Shown: positions 1 through 10,687 of the stretch, piece after piece | Layout of the letters: every line of letters starts with the position of its first letter | Position numbering within the stretch: the stretch's first letter is position 1 | Assembly: GCA_963711515.1 (NCBI GenBank) | Contig: CAVQEL010000052.1 | Location: 53,235-117,234, forward strand | Origin: an uncultured Planctomycetota bacterium | GTDB lineage: Bacteria; Planctomycetota; Planctomycetia; Pirellulales; PALSA-1355 | Length of the DNA stretch: 64,000 nucleotides | Reading direction: 5' to 3' | Program-made: the position numbers and the translations under genes | The notes under the pieces: generated by a model | Databases searched by the model: none | Seen by the model: only the letters and a program-made list of their open reading frames with translations | Told to the model about the DNA's origin: nothing

Positions 1-814
1 GGCTCAGGACCTCGAGTTCATCGAAGGGGACATCGTCGACGCCGGCACCGTGGCCGCGGCCGTCAAGGGGGTCGACTGCATCTTTCACGAGGCGGCGCTA
101 GCGTCCGTGCCGCGGAGCGTCAAAGATCCGCTGAAAACACACGAGGGTTGCGTCACCGGCACGCTGACCGTCCTCAACGTGGCCCGGCAGTCGGGCGTGA
201 GGCGGCTCGTCTATGCCGCCTCCAGTAGCGCCTACGGCGACCAGCCGACGTCGTCCAAACGGGAAAGCGACCTGCCCGCGCCGATCTCGCCGTACGGCGC
301 CGCCAAGTTCGCCGGCGAGGCTTATTGCCAGGCGTTCGCGGCCACCTATGGGTTCGAAACCGTGTGCATCCGTTACTTCAACGTGTTCGGTCCGCGGCAG
401 GATCCCAACAGCCAGTATTCGGCCGTCATCCCGCTGTTCATCACGGCCATGCTCGCCGGGAAGCAGCCCACGGTGTATGGCGACGGCTATCAATCGCGCG
501 ACTTTACGTACATCGACAACGTCGTGCACGGCAACCTGCTGGCGGCCGACGCGCCGGCCGAGCGGGCCTCCGGCCGCACGTTCAACGTGGCCAACGGCCG
601 TACCACAAGCCTGCTGGAACTGTTGGCACTGCTCAACCGGCTACTAGGCACCAACATCGCGCCGGTCCACGCCCCGCCGCGTGTGGGCGACGTGCGCGAA
701 AGCCTGGCCGATATCTCGCTTGCCCGCCGCGACCTGCAGTACGAGCCCCAAATCACGTTCGACGAGGGTCTGCGCCGCTCGATCGAGTACTATCGCAGCG
801 TGGCGGGGAAGTGA
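1..814 (+). CDS. NAD-dependent epimerase/dehydratase (UDP-sugar 4-epimerase-like extended SDR), C-terminal part; 5' end lies outside the window
   Basis: The frame is open from base 2. The translation has the SDR YxxxK (SPYGAAKFAGE), FNVFGPRQDP and YGDGYQSRDFTYIDN blocks typical of WbpP/GalE-type epimerases. Stop at 812-814. Confidence 0.85.
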   Translation, partial: AQDLEFIEGDIVDAGTVAAAVKGVDCIFHEAALASVPRSVKDPLKTHEGCVTGTLTVLNVARQSGVRRLVYAASSSAYGDQPTSSKRESDLPAPISPYGAAKFAGEAYCQAFAATYGFETVCIRYFNVFGPRQDPNSQYSAVIPLFITAMLAGKQPTVYGDGYQSRDFTYIDNVVHGNLLAADAPAERASGRTFNVANGRTTSLLELLALLNRLLGTNIAPVHAPPRVGDVRESLADISLARRDLQYEPQITFDEGLRRSIEYYRSVAGK

Positions 815-858
815 GACTTCGACACGGGCGGCGCCCTCGGCGTTCCCCACAACCGGGC

Positions 859-2106
859 TTACCTTCGCGAAATGATCGCGTACCAAACGCCCGTCAGCAC
901 CACGCCGGCCGCCAGGATGACAAAGGTCGTCGAATAGGGGGGCAGCCCCGCCGACTGGCTGTACTCGACCATCCGGCCCACCAGCGGATTGCCGACGAAC
1001 ATTCCGGTGTCCAGCATGGCGAGCATCAAGGTCGTGCCCAATCCACGGTAACGGCTGGGAAACGACGTGCTCCCCTGGGCCGTCACGCTGGGAAACAGCA
1101 CGGCATGCGAGATGCCCGCGAAGAATCCCGGGATGGCCAGCCCCCATTGCGTCTCGACCGGCAGATACAACAGCAAGCTGACCGCCAGCGAAGCCAGCCC
1201 GATGAAGATCATCGGCCGCACGCCGAACAGATGTGGAAAGTTGCGCGTGGCCAGGCGCGCCAGAAACGCCGTTCCCGCATACGCCAGGAAGAACGTGCCG
1301 GTGTGGTCGATGCCGTGTTGTTCGATGAACGCCGGCAGAAACGTCGTCGGAATGACCAGCCCGATCCCCATCACGATGGCCAACAGCATCACGCCGCCGG
1401 GATGATACCGCCGCACGAGCCATACCATGGGCGGTCGCCGTCCGCGGCGCGGCGGCGCTTCGTGCCGCGTAGCCAGTTCGGCGCAAAACAGTGAGAACAC
1501 GCCCAGCGCGGCGGCGACGACAAACAACGCGTTCAGATCGCCGCGGGTGATCGGCTCGTGCCCGCAGAAATAGTCACCCAGCATCGGTCCGACCGCCATG
1601 CCGATGAAGCCCGAGGTGCCCAACGTGCCGATCACTTCGGCCGTGCGCGCCAGCGGCAGCTTCCGCGAGATGCTCGTGATCGACGAGCCGAACACGCCGG
1701 CCAGGCTGGTGGCATAGAGCATCCGCAGCAGAAAGATGGCCGGCCCGTGCACGTCCGTCACGAGGATGTGGGCCAACAGCGCCACGACGAACATGGCGTT
1801 CGACCACAGCCAGACACGGCGCGGGCCGAAGTGGTCGATGCCAAAGCCTTGAAAGAACCGCATCGCCAGGCTGCCGACCATGCCGACGCCGACGATCAGC
1901 CCGACGTTCCACTCCGTGCCTCCCAGGTAGAGCACGAAATCGGCATACCGGTACATCATCGCCATCGCTACAGTGAACGCAGTATTACCGAGATACGTGC
2001 ACCAGAAGGCGGGGCCGTAAATCGGGGCATCCTGGCGAAATCGCGATCCGCTGGGGAGCCGGCGAGCGACGGTAGTGGTGGCGGCAGCTTCCGAAGAAAC
2101 GCTCAT
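859..2106 (-). CDS. MFS transporter
   Basis: 415-aa ORF from ATG 2106; the 50 codons upstream in the ORF-track call are not protein-like. It has about 12 hydrophobic spans and an MFS motif-A-like loop (GIDHFGPRR). Confidence 0.75.
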   Translation of the reverse strand: MSVSSEAAATTTVARRLPSGSRFRQDAPIYGPAFWCTYLGNTAFTVAMAMMYRYADFVLYLGGTEWNVGLIVGVGMVGSLAMRFFQGFGIDHFGPRRVWLWSNAMFVVALLAHILVTDVHGPAIFLLRMLYATSLAGVFGSSITSISRKLPLARTAEVIGTLGTSGFIGMAVGPMLGDYFCGHEPITRGDLNALFVVAAALGVFSLFCAELATRHEAPPRRGRRPPMVWLVRRYHPGGVMLLAIVMGIGLVIPTTFLPAFIEQHGIDHTGTFFLAYAGTAFLARLATRNFPHLFGVRPMIFIGLASLAVSLLLYLPVETQWGLAIPGFFAGISHAVLFPSVTAQGSTSFPSRYRGLGTTLMLAMLDTGMFVGNPLVGRMVEYSQSAGLPPYSTTFVILAAGVVLTGVWYAIISRR

Positions 2107-2290
2107 CGAGGGCGGGCAATAGCGGGGGTATGGTTTGAGCAACCTAAGATTGTAGAGGGAGTCGAAGCACTTTAACAGGGACGCCCGCGCCGCGCGCCCG
2201 GGCAGAAGCCACGCTTCGTTCAACCCTGCCAAGGCGTTGCGCAGTGGACGCCGCACGCGTTAGTTTTTGATTTTGCCGAGCAACGCAACC

Positions 2291-3040
2291 ATGACTGCCG
2301 ACCGTGCGACACTCGTCACCCTGGCGACTTACAACGAAATTGAGAACCTGCCCCGGCTGGTCGGCGAAATTCTGGCCGTCGCGCCCCGGGCCGATATCCT
2401 CGTGATCGACGACAACTCCCCCGACGGAACCGGCGCCTGGTGCGACGCGACAGCCGCCGGCGAGCCGCGGCTGAAGTGCCTGCATCGACCGGGCAAGCTG
2501 GGCCTGGGCACGGCCATCATCGCCGGAATGCAATACGCCATCGATCACGGCTATCGCTACGTGCTCAACATGGACGCCGACTTCAGTCACCATCCGCGCC
2601 ATCTGCCAGCCATGCTCGCCGGCATGGACCCGGCCGATGGCCCGGCAGTCGACGTCATGATCGGCTCGCGCTACATCGTCGGCGGCGCGATCGAAGGCTG
2701 GCCCTGGGGGCGACACTTGATGAGCCGCACGGTCAATGCCTATGCCCGCTTGCTGCTGGGCCTGCGGGCCAAGGATTGCAGCGGCGCGTTTCGCTGCTAT
2801 CGCACCGCCTTATTGGAACGAGTCGATTTCAGCGCGATTCGTTCGCGCGGTTACTCCTTCCAGGAGGAAATCCTCTGGCACTTGAAACGGCTCGGGGCGC
2901 GGTTCGGTGAAACGCCGATCACCTTCACCGATCGCCGGCAAGGCGTGTCGAAAATCAACTCGCGCGAAGCCTTTTCGGCCCTGGGGATCATCCTGGCGCT
3001 GGGAGCCCGTAATTGGCTCCGCGCCGCCGCGCCGCCACCG
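2291..3040 (+). CDS. GT2 glycosyltransferase, polyprenol/dolichol-phosphate mannosyltransferase-like (Dpm1/Ppm1 type); 3' end uncertain because there is no in-frame stop before the next gene
   Basis: ATG 2291. Motifs: LVTLATYNEIENLP, VIDDNSPDGT, NMDADFSHHP (DxD-type), GSRY..GG. The homology-like part ends near ILALGARNW (~3020). The frame then runs open into the epimerase ATG at 3152. Confidence 0.7.
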
Positions 3041-3151
3041 CCATCTAAGCCGCGTGCCCCGTGGGGTTGCCGGGTGCTACAATCGAAGCGGTCGCCGACA
3101 TGGGCCCGTGTGGCGGTCGGCACCCGGGTCGTCTTTCACGTCTGGAATAGC

Positions 3152-4107
3152 ATGACGGTTCTGGTTACCGGCGGCGCCGGATTCATCGGCAGTCATTTCA
3201 TCGAGCGACTTCTGGCCGCCAGCAGCGACGCGGAGGTCGTATGTCTCGATGATTTCAACGCCTATTACGACCCAGCCCTAAAACGGGCCAACGCCGCCCT
3301 GGTGGCGGCGCACCGGCGCGTCACCGTCGTCGATGGTTCCATCAACGACGCCGCCCTGGTCCGCGCGCTGTTCGCCAGCCACGCCGTCCGGCAAGTCGTG
3401 CACCTGGCCGGTTACGCCGGCGTGCGGGCCAGCATGGCGATGCCCCTTGAATATGAAGAGGCGAACGTGCGCGGGACGCTCGTGTTGCTGGAAGCCGCGC
3501 GGCGACACCCCCTCGAACGGTTTTTGCTGGTATCCTCGTCGACGGTCTATGGCGCCGGTTCGCCAGTACCGTTCGTGGAGGACGCCCCGTTGGGCATCCC
3601 CTTGAGCACTTACGGCGTGACCAAGCGGGCCGCCGAACTGTTGGCACTGCACTACCACCGCGTACACAACGTGCCGGCCGCGTGCCTGCGGCCGTTTAGC
3701 GTCTATGGGCCGCGGATGCGCCGGACCTGGCCATCCATGTCTTTGCCGAAGCCATCGCGCGTGGCGAGCCGATTCCACTGTTCGGCGACGGCACGTACCA
3801 GCGCGATTTCACGCACGTCAGCGACATTTGCGCGGGACTATCGGCGGCCCTCACCGCCGACGGAGTGGCCGGCGAGGCGATCAATCTCGGGCATCACCAG
3901 CCGGTGGCCATCAACGACCTGCTGGCCCTGCTCGAGGCGTCGCTGGGACGCAAAGCCATCATCGACCGCCGACCCGCTTTTGCCGGCGACATGCCCGTCA
4001 CTTGCGCCGATCTGACGAAAGCCCGGCGGCTGCTGGGCTACGCGCCGCAGGTTTCACTGGCCGACGGCGTTCGCGACTTCGCGGCCTGGTTTCGCCAGCG
4101 CCGCTGA
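3152..4107 (+). CDS. NAD-dependent epimerase/dehydratase (UDP-glucuronate/glucose 4-epimerase-like); one apparent 1-nt deletion at ~3721
   Basis: MTVLVTGGAGFIGSH Rossmann motif and YGVTKRAAE (YxxxK). After ..FSVYGPRMR the protein-like reading (PDLAIHVFAEAIARGEPIPLFGDGTYQRDFTHVSD..) continues in the frame of ORF 3865-4107. The observed CGCCGG would be CGCCCGG in an intact gene. Confidence 0.85.
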
Positions 4108-4159
4108 TCCGCGGAAATCACGCGAGGCGAAAGCCTGGTTTGACACTCCCGCCGACGCG

Positions 4160-4880
4160 TCACTTCTCGCCCATCAGCTTGGACACGGTCGGCTCGATCG
4201 ATTCGGCCCAGATTTCATAACCCTGCGGGCTCAGATGCAGCAGGTCAGGCATGATCTCTCGCGTGAGCGTGCCGTCTTCGGACAGGAATTTGGGGCCGAT
4301 GTCGACGTAATAGATCATGTCGTTGTCGGCCAACTTCGAGGCGATCTCGCTGGCCTTGGCGTTCTTTTCGCGCAGCGGGCTGGGCTTTTCGCCACGGGGG
4401 AAGATGGCCAGGATGAGCACCTTCGTCTCGGGCAGGTCCTGGCGCAGCTTCTTGACGATGGCCTCGATGCCGGCGCCGATCTCTTCGCCCGTGTTGTCGT
4501 GGGAGTTGTTCGTACCGATCATCAGCACGGCCAGCTTCGGCGAAATGCCGTCGATGTTGCCGTTTTCCAAGCCGCCACAGCACGTGCTGCGTGCGGTCGC
4601 CGCCGATTCCCAAGTTGGCCGCCTTGCGCGGGCCGTAGTACTTGGCCCACACGTCCTTGCCATTGCCTTCCCAGCCCTGGGTGATCGAATCGCCGATGAA
4701 GATCAAATCGATGTCGCCCTGCTTGACGCGTTCGTTGATTTTCTTGTGGCGCTCCGTCCACGCGCCGTCGCGCGGCACGGGCTGCACCGTGGTGGGAAGT
4801 TTGTCGTCCGCTCCGGCGGTTGACAAGAAAAAGGCCGCTCCGCAAGCGAACAACAACAGCGCGCGCAAGTGGAATCTCAT
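4160..4880 (-). CDS. SGNH/GDSL hydrolase (PAF-acetylhydrolase-like lipase/esterase), secreted; apparent 1-nt insertion at ~4567
   Basis: Signal peptide MRFHLRALLLFACGAAFFLS and the block-I motif LIFIGDSITQGW. The N-terminal frame (ORF 4245-4952) and C-terminal frame (ORF 4160-4663) join at ..HVLWRL/ENGNIDG.., and the C-terminal part carries DLLHLSPQGY. Confidence 0.85.
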
Positions 4881-5101
4881 GATGATTGCTCCGAGGCGTG
4901 GATTCGGGATGGTTGGAACATCGGGCCGAAGGCGGATCGCGCGGCAATGCACCGCGTTCGTCCATGCATGGCGGACCGGCGTGTGGTCCTAAGATAGACA
5001 GCCCACACGGCCCTGAAAAGGCAGGCGGCGAGGAAAATCGGCGGCCGCCCCGCAGACTCCGCAAAATCGAGCCGGGTCCGCGCTTGATCCCTGCACCGTC
5101 G

Positions 5102-6424
5102 CTACGGGGCCACGCCGCCGCCAAGACCGGTGAACGTCGTGTAGGAGACGTTGCCCATAAACGGAACCACGCCGTACAGCCCCTTGGTAAACACCATTTC
5201 GATCACGTTGTCCGTCCACAGGATGCGGCTCTTGGGAACGATCACGAGATCCGCATCGCTGACCCAGATTTCGCCGGCCGGGCAGGGGACCTTGCCCAGC
5301 ATCGCGTTGCGCAGGTTGACGATCGTGGCAATCAACCGCCAGTCGTCGGCGCGGCGAAAGACGACGACCGAACTGATGTGGGCCCCCACGTTGTAGCTGC
5401 CCGCCATGGCGATCGATTGCATGACGGTCGTGGGCTGTTGCAGTTCGTAACGCCCGGGCAGCTTCACCTCGCCGAGCACGTAGACGTAGCGCGGCGCCCG
5501 GCCGGTCAGCACGGGGATCACCTCGATGCCTTCGATTTTCTCGCGGAACCGGGCGTTCAGCTCGCGCGAGAATTCATCGATCGTCAGCCCCTGCGCCGGC
5601 ACCGAGCCAACGGCCGGCAATTGGATCGTCCCCTCGGGAGTCACGCGGGTGCTGAGTACCTGGCCGCCGAAACCCGATCGGCCGCTGACCGTATAGCGCA
5701 GGTCTTCCAGCTTCGTATCGACCTTGACCGGAGTGACCGTGATCGCCGGGACCTTGTAGTACTTCTTGTAGGCCCGCTCCAATTCCTCGCGCAACTCAGG
5801 CACCGTGAGATTCGCGGCCCGCATCTGGCCCAACAGCGGCAGGGTGATGGTGCCGTCGGGCAACACGATCAGGTTGCGCCGCAAGTCGCGGTCGGTGCTC
5901 GATTCGACGATCACTTCGTCGCCGACGTTGATCTCGTAGGGATTGGGAATCTCGTCGCGCGTCACGCGAAACACGAACTCCATCGTGTCGTCGACGCGCA
6001 ACCGGTACGTCGGCACGTGCGGCAACCGCGCCCGGCCCACGTACTCGCCTTGCGAATATTCCTGAAAGTCGGGCGCGGGGCCCGAGGCGCTCCAGCCGCG
6101 GTTGGTCTTGCAGGCGCCGCTGTTGACGCAGTCGATGGCCGGCGTCGGGTTCGGCGAAGCCGGCGTCAAATGCTGACACAGCCGCACCTGGCCTTCGCCG
6201 GAGACGTCCGGATACTGCCAGGGGTGCCGGGCTCGCACCGTGTCTTCGAGCGCCGGCGCGGCGGCCGGCCGCGGCGACTCAGCGGCAAAACGCGACGCGA
6301 CTCCGCCGACAACCAACAGCGCGGCGATGGCAAGCCCCCCGGCCGCCCAGCGGCGCCTCAGGAGGAACGCCTGGCGGCCGGAGAGCACCGATCGATGGGT
6401 TGGTGTCGTGGGCAATAGTTTCAT
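5102..6424 (-). CDS. Polysaccharide export protein (Wza/EpsE-like with SLBB-type repeats)
   Basis: ATG 6424 (MKLLPTT..) followed by a TM/signal anchor. Motifs: YRLRVDDTMEF, LPDGTITLPLLGQM.AANLTVPELREEL, GEVKLPGRYEL, and a soluble-ligand-binding beta-grasp-like C-terminal half. Confidence 0.8.
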   Translation of the reverse strand: MKLLPTTPTHRSVLSGRQAFLLRRRWAAGGLAIAALLVVGGVASRFAAESPRPAAAPALEDTVRARHPWQYPDVSGEGQVRLCQHLTPASPNPTPAIDCVNSGACKTNRGWSASGPAPDFQEYSQGEYVGRARLPHVPTYRLRVDDTMEFVFRVTRDEIPNPYEINVGDEVIVESSTDRDLRRNLIVLPDGTITLPLLGQMRAANLTVPELREELERAYKKYYKVPAITVTPVKVDTKLEDLRYTVSGRSGFGGQVLSTRVTPEGTIQLPAVGSVPAQGLTIDEFSRELNARFREKIEGIEVIPVLTGRAPRYVYVLGEVKLPGRYELQQPTTVMQSIAMAGSYNVGAHISSVVVFRRADDWRLIATIVNLRNAMLGKVPCPAGEIWVSDADLVIVPKSRILWTDNVIEMVFTKGLYGVVPFMGNVSYTTFTGLGGGVAP

Positions 6425-6437
6425 GAGGTAGTGCCGT

Positions 6438-7990
6438 TTAGCGACGGGTCCAAGGAAGCCAATCGGAGATGCCGCGGGCGGTCCGTACCGGGGTTTGCTC
6501 GGGCGCCGCCTCGGGCGCGGCCGCTGGCGGTCCGACGACCGGCGGTAACACCGAGTCGCTGGTGGGTGCCATGCCGGCAAACGTCGCGGCGTCGACCCAC
6601 TGCACGGCGGGACCCGCGCGGAAACGGCCGGATTGCTCAAGCGCCACGGCCTCACCCATCGCCCGCTCGGCCAGTTGCGCCTCGCCCAGCTTCGCCAGCA
6701 CCACCGACAGGTTGCGATACGGCACCGGGTGGGGCGACAAGCGGACACAGTGCGCCAACAGGTCGCGAGCGTGCGGCAAGTCGCCGTTGCGGGCCAGGAT
6801 GACGCCCAGCTCGTTGGCCGCGCGATAATTGGCCCGATCGGCCATCAAGGCGGCCTGGTACAACACCATGGACCGGGCGGTGCTTTCCATTCGCTCCGAC
6901 GCGCTGTTGGCGCTAGTGATCGTCACCGTCTTGCCGAGTCCGTATAAGGCGATCGAGCTGCGCGGCTCGCCGGCCGCCGCGCCGGCCAGTTGTTCCTGGG
7001 CATAGGCGTAGTAGCGCCGGGCCGCCATCGCCGGCGCCATTCCGTCGAGCGGTTCGTCCTGCAAGATTCCGGTCCGGTGGCCGCTCGTGATGTGCGCCAG
7101 GTCCAACCGTTTGCCCAGCGGCCGCGGGCGGAGAAAATCGCGGCTCTCCTCCAGCGCCGTCAGTCCGGCATCGAGCGAGTCGGTGTAAAATCGGGTGCCT
7201 TGCTGCATGTCGTTGGCCTGCGCGATCAGCTCCAGCGCGCCGATGAATTCATCGCGAGCCAGGTACAGGGCGTTCCGTTCGGCCAGGCGAAACGCTTGCC
7301 GCACACGCGCCTCGGCCTGGTTGAGCACGGCCTGCATCTCGGGACTTACCGGCGGCCGGCCCGCCCAGGGAAGCGGCGTCTGCGGTGTCGATTGCGACGT
7401 GTCCGTGTCGGGCAGACGTCGGCTCGTCACCGGACGCGGCGCCGTCGCCGGAGCCAGGATGCGCGGCGCACCCGTGGATTCATCGGCACTCGGCACGCCT
7501 GCTTTGCGCGGCGCGGCGGCGCGGCGGGGGTGATCGGTTCGGGACGTGGCCGCGCGTCGGCGGCTCCCGCGTCCGGTTCGGACGCGGAGGGGTCGGCAAT
7601 GCGAAAGTCGTACGGCGGAGCGTCCGCGCCTGTCGAGCCGGCCAGCGGATCGTCGTCGGGCAACGCGCCCCGGCTGGGATACTGCATCCGCGTCTTCAAA
7701 TGGTCGATCTCGGCCGGATCGAGTGCCGAAGGCGGCACAAAGGAACCCTCGACCGGTCGCTCCAGCGCCGTCGGGGCGACGCCCGAGGCACCCAGGCGAC
7801 GCCACGGGCCGGGCGAGGACCGCTGCAGCTCGGCCAACACCAACGGCGCGTGCTCGACCGGCTCGGGCTGCGGCTGGGCATCGCAACCGACGCCCAGTGC
7901 CACGGGCGCAAGCGCCAGCGCGCAGACGACAAAGACTGTACGATCCATCGCGTCGATCCGGGTTCTCATCCGTGCGAACGTGCGCCGCAT
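6438..7990 (-). CDS. TPR-like lipoprotein, co-directional with the export gene; apparent frameshift at ~7500; start (7990/7969/7948) uncertain
   Basis: The N-terminal frame (ORF 7427-7990) has a lipobox-like ALAPVALGVGC and a Pro-rich linker. The C-terminal frame (ORF 6438-7886) is helical-repeat-like (..ANYRAANELGVILARNGDLPHARDLLAHCV..). The two frames join near ..PPRRAKQ/AGVPSADE... Confidence 0.6.
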
Positions 7991-8228
7991 TGCATCCGTC
8001 GTGCGGCGCAGTAAGTTATTTCAGCGATCGACCGGCCGCGCCGATCGTCCCGAACAAATCCGCGGCAATGCGTCCCTCGTGCTAGCGGCTGGCCCGCTCA
8101 GCCGTCAAAGAGCGCGCGTGCCGAACGAAAGCTTCGGTACGAGCGGAATGAGCGATTTCGGCGGTGGCTTCCGCTTCAGTCGCACGGGCGGCGCAACCCG
8201 AACAATGAGTCGCTCGGTCCGAACCAGC

Positions 8229-9167
8229 TCAACGCTCGCGACCCAGCAGTTCTTCCAGGTGCACGGCCACGCAGCCGGCCAGCACGCCGGTATTGTAGCC
8301 TCCCTCCAACAGGCTCACGATTTTGCCACCGGCGTATTCCGCGGCCACCTCAAGCGGCGCCGCGGTGAGCGGGGCAAAGTCTTCGGTCTCCAGACCGAGC
8401 GAACCGACCGGGTCGTCGGTGTGAGCGTCAAAACCGGCGCTGACGAGCACCAACTCCGGCCGAATGCGGGCGGCCAATCGATCCAGACCCCGGCGAAAGG
8501 CGTCGAGATAGGCAGTTCGCGAAGTGCCGAACGCGATCGGCAGGTTCAGCTTCGTGCCGATGGCCGGCCCGGTGCCCGTTTCGTCCGCTCTTCCGGTGCC
8601 GGGATAAAACGGCCAACGATGGATCGACAGAAATCCCACTTGCTCATCGTGCCAGAAGGCGGCTTGCGTGCCGTTGCCGTGATGGACGTCCCAATCGACA
8701 ACGAGCACGCGGTTCAAGTCGAACTGGCGAACGGCATACCGGGCCGCGATGGCAATGCTGTTAAACAGGCAAAAGCCCATCGGTTCTGCTGGCAGGGCAT
8801 GATGGCCTGGCGGACGGACGACGCACAGCGCCTGTCGGTCTTCGCCTCCAAGGACCCGCCGGACCGCGTCGCAGGCCGCTCCGGCGGCCAGTCGTGCCGC
8901 GTCATACGAGCGCTGGCTGCAAATCGTATCCGCCTCGATCCGCCCGCCGCCATCGCGGCAAAACGCTTCAACCGCCGCCGTATAGCCGCTCTCGTGCACC
9001 AGCGCCAGTTGCTCGAGCGAGGCGGGCTCCCACTCGGGGCGACGACAGCGCTGGTCGAGCCCCGTGCGCTCCAGGTGCCGCATGATCTGAACGAGCCGCT
9101 CGGGGCGTTCCGGGTGGCTTCCCGTGCGGTGTTCGAGAAACAGTGGGTCGTAATAGAGCAACGTCAT
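8229..9167 (-). CDS. Histone deacetylase-family (arginase-fold) deacetylase, AcuC/APAH-like
   Basis: Intact 312-aa ORF with the HDAC signatures RPPGHHA, DWDVHHGNGTQ, SAGFDAH and GGY. Confidence 0.9.
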   Translation of the reverse strand: MTLLYYDPLFLEHRTGSHPERPERLVQIMRHLERTGLDQRCRRPEWEPASLEQLALVHESGYTAAVEAFCRDGGGRIEADTICSQRSYDAARLAAGAACDAVRRVLGGEDRQALCVVRPPGHHALPAEPMGFCLFNSIAIAARYAVRQFDLNRVLVVDWDVHHGNGTQAAFWHDEQVGFLSIHRWPFYPGTGRADETGTGPAIGTKLNLPIAFGTSRTAYLDAFRRGLDRLAARIRPELVLVSAGFDAHTDDPVGSLGLETEDFAPLTAAPLEVAAEYAGGKIVSLLEGGYNTGVLAGCVAVHLEELLGRER

Positions 9168-9388
9168 GGTTTTAAGGGGGTTGCGTCGGCGGGTGAACGA
9201 CTGCTGACCACCGCTTGCCAGCGATGCTAGGATATCGGCCTGGCGGGTGCCGTGGGTCCAACTTGACAGATTCTAGCCGGAGGTGGTACTCTGGAGGTTG
9301 GAATTATTGAAACCCCATGCTGCATTTCAGTTTGCGCGCCCCCTGGCGCCTTGGTTCGGGGTCACCAACGGAGAGGTTGAGCGGATCG

Positions 9389-10609
9389 ATGTCCCTTCCA
9401 TCCATGCGCCTTGTCCGATTGTCACTGCCGCTTATTGCGCTGTGCTCGGCACTTCATGTCGCCATCTGGACGGAAGCGGCGTATTCGCAGGGCGTTAGCC
9501 ACCACGACGTACGCAAACTCCTTGGCCAAGGAGCCGCTTCGGCGCAGGCCCAGGCGGCCATCAAAGCCTACTTGTCGACCTACTTCAGCCAATTCCAAAA
9601 GCCTGACGATGTCGCCGCGCTGCCCAATTTGCGAAAAGAATTCGCCAACATGGTCCGCAACGCACCCGACAATCCGGCGCACCGCTATCTGAATGATCTG
9701 ACTTATTCGGCCGCGATGAACGTCGTGAAGAACAAGCAGTACAGCATCGCGGCTCGCTACAACGCGATGCTGTTGATCGCGGATCTCAATCAAAGCGATG
9801 CGGTGGGCAACATCAAGCCGTATCCGCCGGCCTTCAGCATTCTGAAGGCGGTCCTCGGATTTCCCCCCGACCACGATTATGCGTTCCTCAAGCCCGCGGC
9901 GCTGGTGGGGATCACGCGGATCGCGCAGGATCGGGCCATTCCGCCTGAAGACGTCGCCTCGTTGACGACTTCGTTGCTCACGATTGTGAATAATGCTGAC
10001 CCGCCGCCCGGTCGCAGTGGATGGGCGCATAATTTTCTGCGGCGGAGTGCCGCCGGAGCGCTGGCGATGATAGGGACCGTGGGCCCTGACAATGCCGTGC
10101 CCAAGGCCTTCGAAGCGATCTTGATGGATCCGAACACGCGGCCGCCGATGCGGTGCGAGATGATGCAGTTTCTCGGCGACTTGAACTATCCGCCCGACGC
10201 CAAGGACGAATTGAAGCGGCTCGCCAACCTGATCGGGCACCAGACCGTGGAAATCTGCCGGCAGGAACTCGACCGAGCCACGACCGAAGCCCGCGATCCT
10301 TCGCGCCGGATGTTGATGTATGCCGTGTACAGCGGCAAAGAGGGCTTGCGCGGCATGTACACCGCCGCGGCGAGCGACCGTGGCTCCGAAGCCTATGGGT
10401 TCATCGCCGGGGTAGGCAGCAAGATCAACTCCCTGTATCGCATGCTGGACGACACCGAAAAGACGCCCGACAACGAGTTAGACGAAAAGGTTTCGACCGA
10501 GATTGACGTCATCCGCGGCGAGCTGCTGGCCAAGCCGGCCGCGCCGACGCCGCTGGTGGCCGCCGGTCCACCGCAAGAAGAAACGGCCAAGCCTGGCACG
10601 ACCAACTAA
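9389..10609 (+). CDS. Secreted hypothetical protein (helical, HEAT/ARM-like by eye)
   Basis: ATG 9389 gives the signal peptide MSLPSMRLVRLSLPLIALCSALHVA. Protein-like composition throughout; I recognise no family. Confidence 0.6.
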   Translation: MSLPSMRLVRLSLPLIALCSALHVAIWTEAAYSQGVSHHDVRKLLGQGAASAQAQAAIKAYLSTYFSQFQKPDDVAALPNLRKEFANMVRNAPDNPAHRYLNDLTYSAAMNVVKNKQYSIAARYNAMLLIADLNQSDAVGNIKPYPPAFSILKAVLGFPPDHDYAFLKPAALVGITRIAQDRAIPPEDVASLTTSLLTIVNNADPPPGRSGWAHNFLRRSAAGALAMIGTVGPDNAVPKAFEAILMDPNTRPPMRCEMMQFLGDLNYPPDAKDELKRLANLIGHQTVEICRQELDRATTEARDPSRRMLMYAVYSGKEGLRGMYTAAASDRGSEAYGFIAGVGSKINSLYRMLDDTEKTPDNELDEKVSTEIDVIRGELLAKPAAPTPLVAAGPPQEETAKPGTTN

Positions 10610-10687
10610 TCGCACACGTGTTCGGCCAGGAAGGCCGGCGACGATCGAGTTCACATCTCACTTCTCAATAGGCAAAAGGATTTGCCC

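Noticed and set aside
6990-9230. Very long ORFs in the track, e.g. 6990-9230 (+, 746 aa), 325-1494 (+), 4886-6418 (+), 16709-18406 (-), 18474-19619 (-), 42629-44392 (+), 59877-61685 (+), 39507-41225 (-)
   Set aside because: They are antisense or off-frame shadows of clearly homologous genes in GC-rich DNA. Their translations are Arg/Pro/Gly/Ala-rich and non-protein-like, and they overlap well-supported CDSs.
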